Source: Bigelowiella natans CCMP2755 (lineage: Eukaryota > Protista > Cercozoa). From it: DNA of 64,000 nt. This document shows, one piece after another, positions 14,542 to 26,333 of this stretch. Below the pieces are notes generated by a model. That model did no database searches and was not told the origin of the DNA. It saw only the letters and a program-made list of their open reading frames with translations. Made by a program: the position numbers and the translations under genes. Numbering within the stretch: position 1 is the first letter of the stretch; every line of letters starts with the position of its first letter. The stretch is from contig ADNK01000021.1 in the NCBI GenBank assembly GCA_000320545.1, positions 1 through 64,000 on the forward strand, in the 5' to 3' direction.

Positions 14542-15182
14542 ACTTCTGTAGACGAGGCCTATTTGTCTTGTTATCCTTTCTCTCCATCAAGAACACTGCA
14601 ACTGTTACTACTACCACTACTGCCGCTACTATTGCATCCCCTACTACTACCTGGAACGTCCTAGACAACAGCTCCCTCAGAGATGGATGGTATCCACTAC
14701 CTGAATTAATGTTGAAAACCGACTTTGAATTGCAGGGAGGGGGAGGAGGAGAGAGAGAGAGAGAAGCAACAACTACAGGCACAGCGGCAGAAGGTATATT
14801 TTTGGTCCAAACGATCGAATGATGAACACGTACCTTTGAGCGGGATTTGTGGAGTATTACTCTCCATATACGTCCAGCCGCTCACAGGGTCCATATCAGG
14901 AGTCAAGAACATCGATAATGGCCATCTGCAGGCAGAAAGGAGGGAGCAGTCAATACACAAATAACACGCAACACAACTCAGCCAGCTATAATCGTCGATA
15001 TTGAAGCAAATGCCCTCCTTCTGCTGCTTTTATTCGTCCCCTCTCCCTCCCTCCCTCTCGTCGTATTGCGGTCATCACCCCGACATGCCGTATTGAAGCT
15101 GCAGAAACTTCTGGTAGATGTTTCCAATCTCAGGATGCTCGAGGTAGTCCACCTGCGTGTGTGTGGAGGCGGAGGATATGTG

Positions 15183-15223
<41 letters not shown>

Positions 15224-15235
15224 GAAAATAGTAAA

Positions 15236-15273
<38 letters not shown>

Positions 15274-16438
15274 TAAAAATATGATCGATGGTAGTGTTTA
15301 CTGCTGATATCGATAAAACATGGAGATCTCTTCCTCCACAACGACGACTACGACATCTTTTTCTTCTGTTTGGTTTTACTTTCACACAGACGAAATTTCC
15401 AAGTTCCTTCGCGATATGGTGTGAGGAGTACGTTTCCTTGCGCATCACCTACAACAAGTGTCCAACTATGCAGCAGCACACAAGTAGTAATTGCATGGCG
15501 GCAGCTTGTTGCTTCAAACGAAGAGTCAACCATGCATGTAGTGTGAGGCAATGCCTTCAAAAAAACGTGACGATGACGCGGGGAGCATCCAAGGCAAAAT
15601 GTACGTAGGAAGGAAAACACAATGCTGCAGGTATTCGTGGTAGTTAGTTTCCCGGGGGGGGGCTCACTCTTCTTCCGCTTGCATAATAATACGGTTGCTG
15701 CTACCCTTGCAGGATGACATAAATGCGATCCAATTGACATAAAGATAAGCTTTTCTTTGCTCCGGGCTACAATTTATAAATGATTCATTATAAATTGATG
15801 AAATAGTGCAGAGCATCTTGAGCAATACGACGAGAAAAGTCAGGCAAAGGGTGGGAGAGATTGGCCCACCTTCTCGTACGAAATCGTCGTCCCAGGAGTA
15901 CCAATGGATTTCGCTTTCTGCATGCTGAATATTGCGGTGAATATGGAAGAAATAGTACGTGTCAGGAGGAAGGAAAATCACTGCTGCCACAGAATGAGAA
16001 AAAATACGAGAAGCTGACGCTTTCAATACGAGACCCACCGAAGAGACGAATGGCGATGCGCACTCTTTCAGCCGGTTGGATCTACTGGCAGGAAGGATGT
16101 CATCTATCATGTTTAAATCTGGAGCTGCTGAATTCGCATAGGCTCTCCTTAGCAGGCGCTGCGACTGCGAAATGGTGATATTATCATTTCGAAGGGTGCG
16201 TTGGTTCCTCAAGACTGCGAGGCTGCTTAACTCTGATTTCAATAGAACACATGCGCGTGGAAACAAACTGTATGCGAGTGGGTACTTTTGCAATTTAATT
16301 CAACAACCAGTTTAAAATTTGAGTTGGTAAGCCTACTAACGTGCACGCATACACACCCATTTAGCAACGGATGAACACATTAGGAACGCATGCCACATAC
16401 GCACGAAACACACACACGCACACGGACACACATTGACA

Positions 16439-16474
<36 letters not shown>

Positions 16475-16786
16475 TTTACACATGTGTATTGGAACATAAA
16501 GGCACATATCAAAAACCTACGTACTTTTCTCCAGTATGCTCTTTTCTCTTCTTTGATTTAGCTGCCGGCTGCCTGAGGAGGAGGTCTGGAACACTTCCTG
16601 ATGTTTGGGTTCACTTCTTTCTACGGGCACTGCCCGCAGCTGATCCGCCGTTATCTTCACCGGTAGAAGCCTCGTAGGTGATAATGTGGCGGTCAGAATG
16701 GCCACCACCCATATGGCTAATGCACCATGGCTGCGCCGCATCCAGCGCATCGGGGGGCGGAGCTGCCCTCTTGCCAAACCGAGCAC
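8050..16786 (-). CDS. SPATA20/SSP411/YyaL-like protein (thioredoxin-like DUF255 + alpha/alpha barrel), many introns, hydrophobic N-terminal leader; both ends approximate
   Basis: Exons encode SNRLKECASPF, QHAESEIHWYSW, KLIFMSIGSHLCH, NFVCVK, VDYLEHPEIGNIYQKFLQ, WPLSMFLTPD, IFDHVNGGAFR, TDYAYFVRALLDMHE, HGGYW..LLRLKE and GDEYGPNPSG, in the family order. Confidence 0.85.
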
Positions 16787-17347
16787 GCCCAGCTAGTCAC
16801 GAAAAATAAGTTGGAAAATCGGATTGCAATGTTGTCGCATGGCATAAATCCCAGGGTATTTCCCCGTCGTCTTTTCGCCTACTTGTCGCAGCTCGGCTCT
16901 GTGGAAGCCCTCAGGCGATTTTCACCTTTGCCAGAGCGAGGAGCAAAAAAGGCAAAGGCTGCGTGCTGCAGCGAGATAGTCTGACTGCAGTATCGTTGGT
17001 AGTTGGTGGCGCACAGTCGCGATGCCAAAACGGCAACCATTTCTGCCCAGAACACGCGGATATTATGACCTTTTTCCACCCGAATTGCGTCAGGGAGGTG
17101 TGTTTACAGATTTCTTTCTTTCTTTCTGGTCTAATGGTGCAGAAAGGGATGCGTAAATTTTGTCAAATTGAGAATTTGGTGTGTCTTAACGGCGAAATAC
17201 CATCGATTTCTGTCTTCTTTTGGTTGACTTAAGTAGAGATATAGAACTTACAGGGTAACGAAGGCTCACTGCTTGAAACACCCATCCACCCCTAATCCTA
17301 ATTGAAACAGCAGGGGGGGGCAGAACGAAGAGTAAATACCAGGTGGA

Positions 17348-18281
17348 ATGTCAGGCATTAACGTGCTTATACCTCTCGGAGGGCTTCACTCCAGATTTGC
17401 GAATAATGGGTAAGAAGAAGTTCATGCCAATGCAAATTAACACTTGTCTACGCATCGTGTGTATTGTACTTACGCACAGAATTTATACCACCAGGTATCT
17501 ACTCCCAGCGCCTCTAGTCAGGATATTTGGAAGGGAGATTATTTTGTGGACTCTCTCCAGTATAAGGTAGCCGTGACGAATAAACTTACCTCGAACCATC
17601 CTCTCCCAATCCGAAGCTAAGCGGTCCCGCCCCTGCCCATTTAGACTGACGGTGGACGATGACTTAATGATCGTGTACAATCCACAATTCTTGGATAAGC
17701 ATCTACTGGTATAATGCGTAAGGATTCGACCCCATCCATCCGAATTCGAATTGTTGAGTGCTGATAGAGCATCTTGTTTCTTCTTACGCAGGAGGGTATT
17801 GTAAAGAAGTTGCACCCCAGAGCACAATTCGGTAGTAGCGGCGCATTTGAACATACATGATAAACGGGTTTGCAGCTAATATTCTGATGATGTTGTACTT
17901 CCTTCTGTTTGTAACAGCGTATCTCCAGAATACATCCAAAGGACCCATTGATACGTTGCTCACCGGCTTGAAACTGCTGCCAGCAAACAAAAAGGTAGGT
18001 AGGAGGGAGGTAGGAAGGTAGGCAGTTACGTAGCTACGCAGCTACGTAGCTACGTACTGGTGCATGCGAGCAGGAGGAGGAGGTTTACATCTTCTAATCT
18101 CTCAATCAATTCTTCATGTTAGGTTCGCCCGACAATATGCATGGACGGAGACGGTTACTTCAAGGATGTTGACGTTGCCGAAGTGTACCGAAATTTCGCG
18201 AAGAATGGGGAGGGAGCTCTCTTCAGCTACAAAGTCTCTCTGAATGATTGTTCAAAAGACGTGCTTGTTGTATGTGTTTGT

Positions 18282-18319
<38 letters not shown>

Positions 18320-21300
18320 AAACTTGCCAACGTAGCTGTGTCGTTATTCTCGTCATTGCAGTCGTTTTATTGTCACTGATTCTGTTCACAGGACGTCGAT
18401 CCAAAGCCTCTGTACTCCTACGTTCAAGTCGGTGAAGGGAACAGGGAAGTGCTGCAAATAAAGGAGAAAGAGAAAATATCCGACTGGGCTAATACGGGCA
18501 CTTACTGCTTTCCCTCGGGAACGCAACTGCAGAGTACGATCGAAGCCATTATCGCCAAATACAAAGATAAGAAGGATGGGAAGTACAATTTGTACACCTC
18601 AAACGTTATCAGCCACATGATGGCGGATAGCACCAAGTTTCGCATGGTGGAATGCAAAGCGGAGCAGTTCTACAGTCTCGGCAGCCCAGAATTGATAAAG
18701 CAGTTTGCAAAGGAACAACGCAAGGACTTCTCGAAGAAGAGCTTTTGCTTCGACTTGGAGAATACGCTTGTCACGCCGCCCAAGGTGCCAGGAGACTATA
18801 GCACGTGTGAGCCTATTCAGCAGAACGTGGATTTTGTCCAGACGCTCTCTAATATGGGGCACCGCATCATTGTGCAGTCAACCGTGCAGGCCAATCAAGG
18901 ACAGAGAAGCAACACCTTCCTCGCTGTCGTGCAGATGCTGGAGGACCTACACATCCCTCACGACGATGTTCACTTCGGAAAGCCGAAGGCGGACTTCTAC
19001 ATTGACGATGAGGCCGTGTACTCGGGCCACGACTTGTCGAAAGAGCTCGGGTTCTATGACACGAGTGTGCTGCAGACAACGCCAACGTCGAGAGCAAGCT
19101 CATCTCCGTTTCTAAAAGATGTCAAAACGTCATCATCAGCCACGCCGAAATCCCCTCCTAAAATCACGCAGAAGAAGGTGGCCCTGGCGCAACACATGCA
19201 AAAGCACGCCATGGGTGACGAGGACATCTACATGAACACCCACACAGGGCTGCCGATATTTCGCGTCGTGAAAATCAACACCTACTTCCTCTTTGACCTG
19301 GATGGGACGATGGTCGCCACTGACCCTGTCTATCTGAAGGTTTTTGGCGAGATCCTGAAGCCGTACGGACACCACGTGGACAAGAAGTTCTTCGAGCAGA
19401 ACATCCACGGCAAGGTGGACCAGGACATCTTCTCCGCCCTCCTCCCCAAAACGATGTCGCCCGCGGAGATCGACAAGACCATCCTGGAGAAGGACAAGCT
19501 CTTCCGCAAATACATCTTCAACTCCAAGCTGGGTCTGCTCAAGCCGATGGAAGGGCTCTTGGACCTGCTGGACTGGACAGAATCACATGGTATAAGATCT
19601 GCATGTGTCACGAATTGCCCACGAGACACGGCGGAGGCTTTGTTGTCTGCTCTCGACTTACGGAGACGCATGGACTTTCTCGTCGTCGGGGCTGAATGCG
19701 ACCGAGCCAAGCCGTTCCCTGATCCATATGAGGTTGCCATGGCCCGGTTGGGAGCACGCCCAGAGGAATGCATTGTTTTCGAAGACTCGAGGTCTGGCGT
19801 TAAATCAGCAGTCGAATCCAAAGCAAGGCTTGTGATTGGCCTCCGAAGCTCCCTAACCGACCACGTCCTCATGCAACACGGAGCGAACGCAACCGTCATG
19901 GATTTCCGCGAGGTCGACTCTCAGTTATTCAACCAGCTCCACTCGTCGCTGCTCAGTGCTCACATCGAAGAGAGGGTCGTCGCCGTCCTCAAGGAAAATG
20001 GCTTCCCTGTCAAGTCCATTTCGAGTGCGCGCCAGCTTCCCGGAGGCAACATTGCCCAGTGCCTGCGAATGACCGTGCAATACACGACAAACACCGACGA
20101 GGTCCCCTACCCAAAAAGTATGATCCTTAAGATGGAATACACGGACTCGAAGGATAAGATGGTGGAGGCGCTGCATCTCTACGACCGAGAGTGGGACTTC
20201 TACAAAAACGTCAGCCGGAGTGTTAGGACGCGCGTCCCCCGCATCTACGCAATGGTGTCCGACGCTAAGGACCATGTGTTCGGCATTGTGATGGAAGACC
20301 TTGATGAGCTTGAATCGACTGTTTGCAAGCCCTCCCTCTCTGCGAATGACGCCAAGACTGTCACCATCGAAATCGCGAAGCTACACGCGCAATATTGGAA
20401 CCAAACTCCAACAGGGGTGCGGAAGGCTAACGACAGCAAGCTGCGCGACTTCGTCGACGAGCTGGCGACGCGGTGGGTGAAGTTCAAGGACGTCTGGAAA
20501 AACCAGCTTCTGGACGAGGACTTTGCCGCAGGGGAGATCATCATGCATCACCTGAACTGGATCCAGGACCAGCAGAGCCAGAAGCCCTTCACTCTCTGCC
20601 ACGGAGACGTTTCCAAGAGCAACCTCTTCTTCGTCAAGGTTATGAACGAGCAACCGGCCCTTGTGGACTGGCAGTTCTGCTCCATAGCGAAAGGCGTGAG
20701 CGACATCGCCTACTTCATCATGTCCAGCTTCCCCGTCGATGAGCAATCTGGCTTAGAGCACCAGCTGGTGGAGTGCTACCACCGTGCTCTAAGGATGAAC
20801 GGAATCTATGGCTATTCGCTCAAGCAGTGCTGGCTGGATTACAAGATGTCCCTGATGCTTGTTCCCTTCGTGACCGCCGTTTGGTACGGCTCTCTGAACC
20901 GCTCGGAGCTTGTCAACCCAGAGTATCCTGCTCACATCACTGCAGCCACCTTCGCGGCCCTGAGGCGCCACAACGCCATCTCCCTCCTGCCCGAGTACTT
21001 TTCGATGTCCTTGACCCACCGCTGCAAGAAAGCGCTGAGGAAACAGGGCTTCCCAGTCGAGAACGTCATCGTAGACGCCAAGAAGCTCAAGGGAGGGTAC
21101 ATCTGTGAGACCCTTCGCCTGACGATGGAGTATGGAGCGAACGTGGATGCCGATAAAGATCCGAAGAAGTACCCAAAGTCGTGCGTACTCAAGGCGGAGG
21201 CCCCCAATAGCTCCGACCACCAAACTGCCCTGAACCTGCACCTCTATGATCGCGAGTGGCACTTCTACCAGGTCATGAGCTCGCTAGTCCCTGTCCGCGC

Positions 21301-22087
21301 CCCGAGGTACTACGCCTCTATAGAACACGCGGACGGAAAGGGAACGATGGGTGTTCTGATGGAGGACTTGTGCATCCCCGGGGCGATATTGTGCCCGAAG
21401 CTCGACTACAAAGGCATCCAAAGCCTCGTGAACAACGCGGCCAAGCTGCATGCCAAGTTCTGGAACGACAAGAAGCTGGCCACCCTTGGCGTCCACGCTC
21501 TCAACGGGGAGTGGTTCCAGCCATCTTGGGAGAAGAAGATCGCAGGGCACTGGCCTGATTTCAAGTCCAAATGGGCTTCTGTGCTGCCCACGCGCGCCTT
21601 GGTCGACGGTGAGAAGATTGTACAGAACTTCCGGTTCATTCAGGATCACCTAGCCTCGCCCCCCTTCACGTTCCTGCACGGGGACGTGAAGCCCGCGAAC
21701 ATGTTCATGCTCAAGGGCAACGTTCCGGCCTTCATCGACTGGCAATACACGAAAATAGGCAAGGGCGTCTGCGATATCGTGTTCTTCTTGATCGAGGGGT
21801 ATCCGGAGAACGTACAGCGAGAGCTAGAGGAGAAGGTCCGCAAGTACTACTACGAGTCCCTCCTACAGCACGGGGTCACAGACTACACCTATGAGATGTT
21901 GGAGAAGGACTGGGCGATTGCCTGCATGTACTTCCCAGTTTACGTAGCGATGTGGTTCGGAACCGTCCCGGATGAGTTATTAGTCGATGAGATGTTTCCC
22001 CGCCGATTCGTTCCGAGGGCGTTCGACGCCATTGCCAGGAACAACTCAACCTCCTACCTGCCCTCCTCCTCCTCCTCCTCCCAATAG
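17348..22087 (+). CDS. Five-domain fusion: NTP-transferase (GT-A) + capsule-biosynthesis-type HAD phosphatase + HAD-IA (CbbY/beta-PGM-like) hydrolase + two APH/choline/ecdysteroid-kinase-like domains
   Basis: Spliced start MSGINVLIPLGGLHSRFANNG|YLLPAPLVRIFGREIILW; CMDGD; EKEKISDWANTGTY; FCFDLENTLV..FGKPKADFYIDD; FLFDLDGT..KPFPDPY..VFEDSRSG; HGDVSKSN..DWQ; HGDVKPAN..DWQY. Last exon 18392-22087 is in frame with the 1212 aa ORF. Confidence 0.9.
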
Positions 22088-22633
22088 CCAGAGCGGACAG
22101 AGAATAACTTCGATTGGATGATATACTCACCCCTTTAGTGGAATAATTCACAGTCCTGACGCTATATGAGGTAATTGTACCGGATCAACGTTATGGCGCT
22201 TCAGATGTTACACTCTTTTCGATGTGTAGCTATTCTGATTGATTCTCTGGATTGCAAATGTGCATGGAGAGCGTGTGCCGTATATGTAGTAGACGCTATA
22301 GAAAATTAACCCAGGTGAATACTGTGTTGACGCTGCATGAATTCGTCGCATATGGCCGACACTAAATATAACCATGCCGATCGCGCTCGAATGTATGGTA
22401 GTAGGAATAGCAACTCGAATAGTTAGATAGCTTCTTATTGCCCTACGGCGAAGCATAAGTATTTATAGTGCGTGTATAGCAAGGGCGCTCGCGCGTGTCT
22501 GTGACCAAGTTTGCCTCTGTGTGACTGACATAGCACACAGAGCATGCATGTACGCTACGCGTACATTATTACAGCGTGATTGGCAGTTTATCATTGCGAC
22601 TTGTCGTACAGCTTCTTAGCGAGACGGATGTAA

Positions 22634-22900
22634 TAATGAATGATTAAAAAAGTTCAATAATCATCCTAACATGTATATCCTCTGTCTTATACATGACCAA
22701 TAATGTAAGACGACAGATGTAATCAATCAAATTAAATTTGTTTAATGATCATCCTCATGTAGCTGCCAATTATGTAATAATGTGTTCGTGGGCTGCAGCA
22801 GTCTACTATACTGATAGAAAAGTCAGTATGTATCCAATTACATAAAATTGTGTAGGCTGCGGCAGCCTACTACTAATAGCAAAGTCAGTATGTGTGCCTG
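22634..22900. repeat. Two degenerate copies of the dispersed GATTAAA..TCATCCT motif plus a ~45 bp imperfect direct repeat (22791-22835 / 22856-22897)
   Basis: ggctgcagcagtctact..aaagtcagtatgt and ggctgcggcagcctact..aaagtcagtatgt; motif copies at ~22641 and ~22730. Confidence 0.6.
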
Positions 22901-23213
22901 CCTGTATCCGCGTAGGTCTGGAGGTAGTTAACGTTAGTTTACGGAAACAAAATGTAGGAAGCGTGTCGCGTTCACTATGCAACATGACGCGCTACGATGC
23001 ATCTAGACGCATTTGACCGAGTACAGTACAAAATATTGTCATGCAGGTGGAACTGTGCTAAACATCATGCTGCTGCATTGCTGCTGGAAAAGTGACAGTA
23101 ATAATTCTGTTCACGTGAGGCATGCTGAAGCATACGATGTATCATTCTATGATGATAGCGTTTACATGTTTCATAAGGCCATATAAGAAAGTTCATGTAC
23201 ATACACGCATTCA

Positions 23214-23250
<37 letters not shown>

Positions 23251-23269
23251 ATTTTACACATATTTTATA

Positions 23270-24750
23270 TCATTTATTGACGGGCATTGATGGTGGTTCC
23301 CATTGGGATTCCTTTGTCTCCTTATTGTAATAATATACATGCCCTGACTCCGGGTCTCTATGAGCTTCCCAACCAGGAATAAGTGTAGCTTCCGCATTAC
23401 CTCTCACATCACCTAGAAGATAGCAAGAAACGAGTATCATGTGTGTGCTGCCGCGGTGTCGCTTTGTGCGAAATAGGTTGCTTACTGGTTGTATCTGCTG
23501 TCCCTCCACCGGTAATTCTCATTGCTGTAGCGGCTACATCGGCTTCCCAGTCGTGTGCCAATGCGAGGACGCACAAGACAGCGAAATCGATCTCGTACTT
23601 GGCATTGTGCAGCATTGACCTAATAACGTCGGAGAACACAAAAACTTTAATACCAAAATCTCTGAAATAAAATGTTGTAGGGGATCATCAACGAGTATCG
23701 AGGACTTTGGCCTCTTAGACACATGCATTCTCTCATGCTTGCTACATACGTTGGGTCAGTCGACGGATTATGCAATATCGACGGCGCGAAAACAATTGCC
23801 ATGTTCTTCTCTGTCATCTTGGTCTTCGTGACTACCAAGGGATGAGATGCCTATTTATGCATATGTTTACATCGATCGTGCATCAGTGTACGGTGGGAGG
23901 AGGAGGAGGAGGAGGAGGAGGAGGAGGAGGAGGAGGAGGAGGGGGATGGGGCCATATGAGCTTCGTGAACGTTAAGACTACCAGGAGAACGACCCTGACA
24001 AGTTGCTTCAGCACGCTTAGATTGACCGAAGGTATACGCCTGACAGCAGTAACAGTTACATGAGATGACTCTTTTGTACGACGAAGGCGATCATAGCGAT
24101 TGAGGAGAGAACCCACAAACGCGACAGGATGTGCATAGCCGTGGACGCAAGCTTTTGCATTGTCGATCGCTTACCCGAGCATCGCCAGGAGTTGCTGTTT
24201 TCGCTCATCAGAAAACTAAATGTGGTTGATATTAATGGCTTGGCCATGACGGGTAACAACAGCTAACCAACCTCTTCTTCCCTTTCAACTTCCTTGCATA
24301 GATTTATGCACTCCGTGTACATCAAATCCGGGATGATGACCTAGTAGTAGTTGTAGTTGTAGTCGTAGTAATAGTAAGTAGTAGTAGTTGTTGTGGTAGT
24401 TGGGAAATCGTTTTGGCGATCAAATACACTCACACACGTACACACATGTGATGAATATGTATATCATCCTGCAAATTCTACATATTGATGTGTTCTCAAC
24501 TTCTCAAGAACGCAGCGACGGCGACACGATTTTGATGATCTAAAGTAGATCGAAGCAGTGCAGCACGTAGTACCTGTCTCAGGCCCCTGAGCCACTCCTT
24601 CAGCATCCCGGCTGCTACATGAGGGGAGCTTATAGAGCTCATCGAGTAGTCGTTCGCCTCTATTTTAGCCCGTAGCGCCTTTGGAATTAGAGATTGATTT
24701 TGCTATGAATATCAGCAGTGTTGCTTCAGCTACTAATACCACCACCACTG

Positions 24751-24784
<34 letters not shown>

Positions 24785-26291
24785 CCTTAAGATCCACTTG
24801 GGAAGCACTTAGTCGGAAAATGCCTTCGCACTGATACCCACCAAGTTCCTAACCCATGTGCAATGATATATGTGTGTGTGTGTGTATGTATAAGTTCTGA
24901 GACACACTCGTCCCTCCCATGGCTATGATATTCGTTATTATTATTGTTATCAACAGGAGGAAGCAGCAATACATGTATCACCTCTACTTTGTGTACAAGG
25001 GCAGTGAGGATCTCCGGAACAACCTGATATAATAGTTATTATCATTTTTATCATTATAACGGGCAGCAGCAGCACCAGAAGAGCGTTTCGTGATGGTGGC
25101 GATGATGGTGCCACATCCCGATCAGTTATTACAGATTGGACCTCGCGCAAGTGTGTGTGTGTGTGTGTGTGGAGATAGATCATCACGCCTTGTAGTAGAA
25201 GGAGTAGGAGTAGAAATACATACCAAATGTGGCTTTGTAGCCTTTTGGATCTCCATGACATCCTCAAGAGTCCCTCCGAACACTCCTCCCTTCGTCTCCG
25301 CTTGCAGACGCCTTTGCTCGGCGCGCAGCTGCTGTAGAGACTGCGACAGATCCCATCCAACACTAGGCACCTCGCTCTGAAGAACAATAAGGGACAACGC
25401 AACCAGCAACAGCCAGAGAGCAGTGCAAAACGCATCATAATTTGACTAATTTCCTTTGAGATCAAAGCCTTCGCCTTACCGATGCTACTACTACTACTAC
25501 TACTACTACTATAACTACTACTACTACTACTACCAGCTCCATCATCGACGACCCATCATCAACCATTCACTCATCCAACGATTCCCACAAATGTAACAAT
25601 CAAACACCAACCAACCTCTGATGCCCGAGACGTTGTATTCGCAACAAAGTTTTGCATATCAGCCTTAGCGTCAATAGCGCTAGCGACCTGTCCACACCGA
25701 CAATTGGCTCATATCACGACGACACGACGCGGTGAGATACTTCAACAGCAGTTGAGAGTGTTGGGAAGGCTAAATGGCTGCTAGATTTCGTCAATAAGGT
25801 ATACCTGACGCATATCAGCCGCAATTTTGAGAAAGCTCTTGGAGTAGTCCTCGAGGGACGTAGCGTACATTATGAACGATTGCCTCAAACTGTTCATTCG
25901 CATCTCCTCCACGCTCTGCAGCTGGGACAAGAGTGCAGGCAGCTCTTGCTCCATGTAGCGGATGCGAGTCATGTTCGTCGATGCGAGCTGAATACAAAGA
26001 AGAAGAAGAAGCAGAATAGGTCACTTTGCATTCGCGAGGAGGGAGTAGTTTGCCAGCAGCGAGCGTTCTTATAACGAAGGAGTGCCTGCAATATGTACTA
26101 CGCTATGCCTCTGGTGTCATCATTTGTGTTATTTGTTCGCTGCTCCCACTATTAATTAATAGCACTACCTCTACTACCACCACCATTACTACTACTACTA
26201 CTACCACTACAATTACCTGGGACTTATACTGCAACACCGACTCCATCACGCGATTATGCTCCTAGAAACCAACACACAATTATCGAAGGTA

Positions 26292-26333
<42 letters not shown>

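Noticed and set aside
9-15000. ORFs with poly-K, poly-S, poly-I, HT, CV or RE runs
   Set aside because: Translations of intronic microsatellites.
18599-22151. Many antisense and alternate-frame ORFs inside the fusion gene
   Set aside because: Expected shadow ORFs of a GC3-rich coding exon.
22634-22900. Repeat-spacer-like arrangement resembling CRISPR
   Set aside because: Only two imperfect copies of each unit, eukaryotic context and no cas genes.
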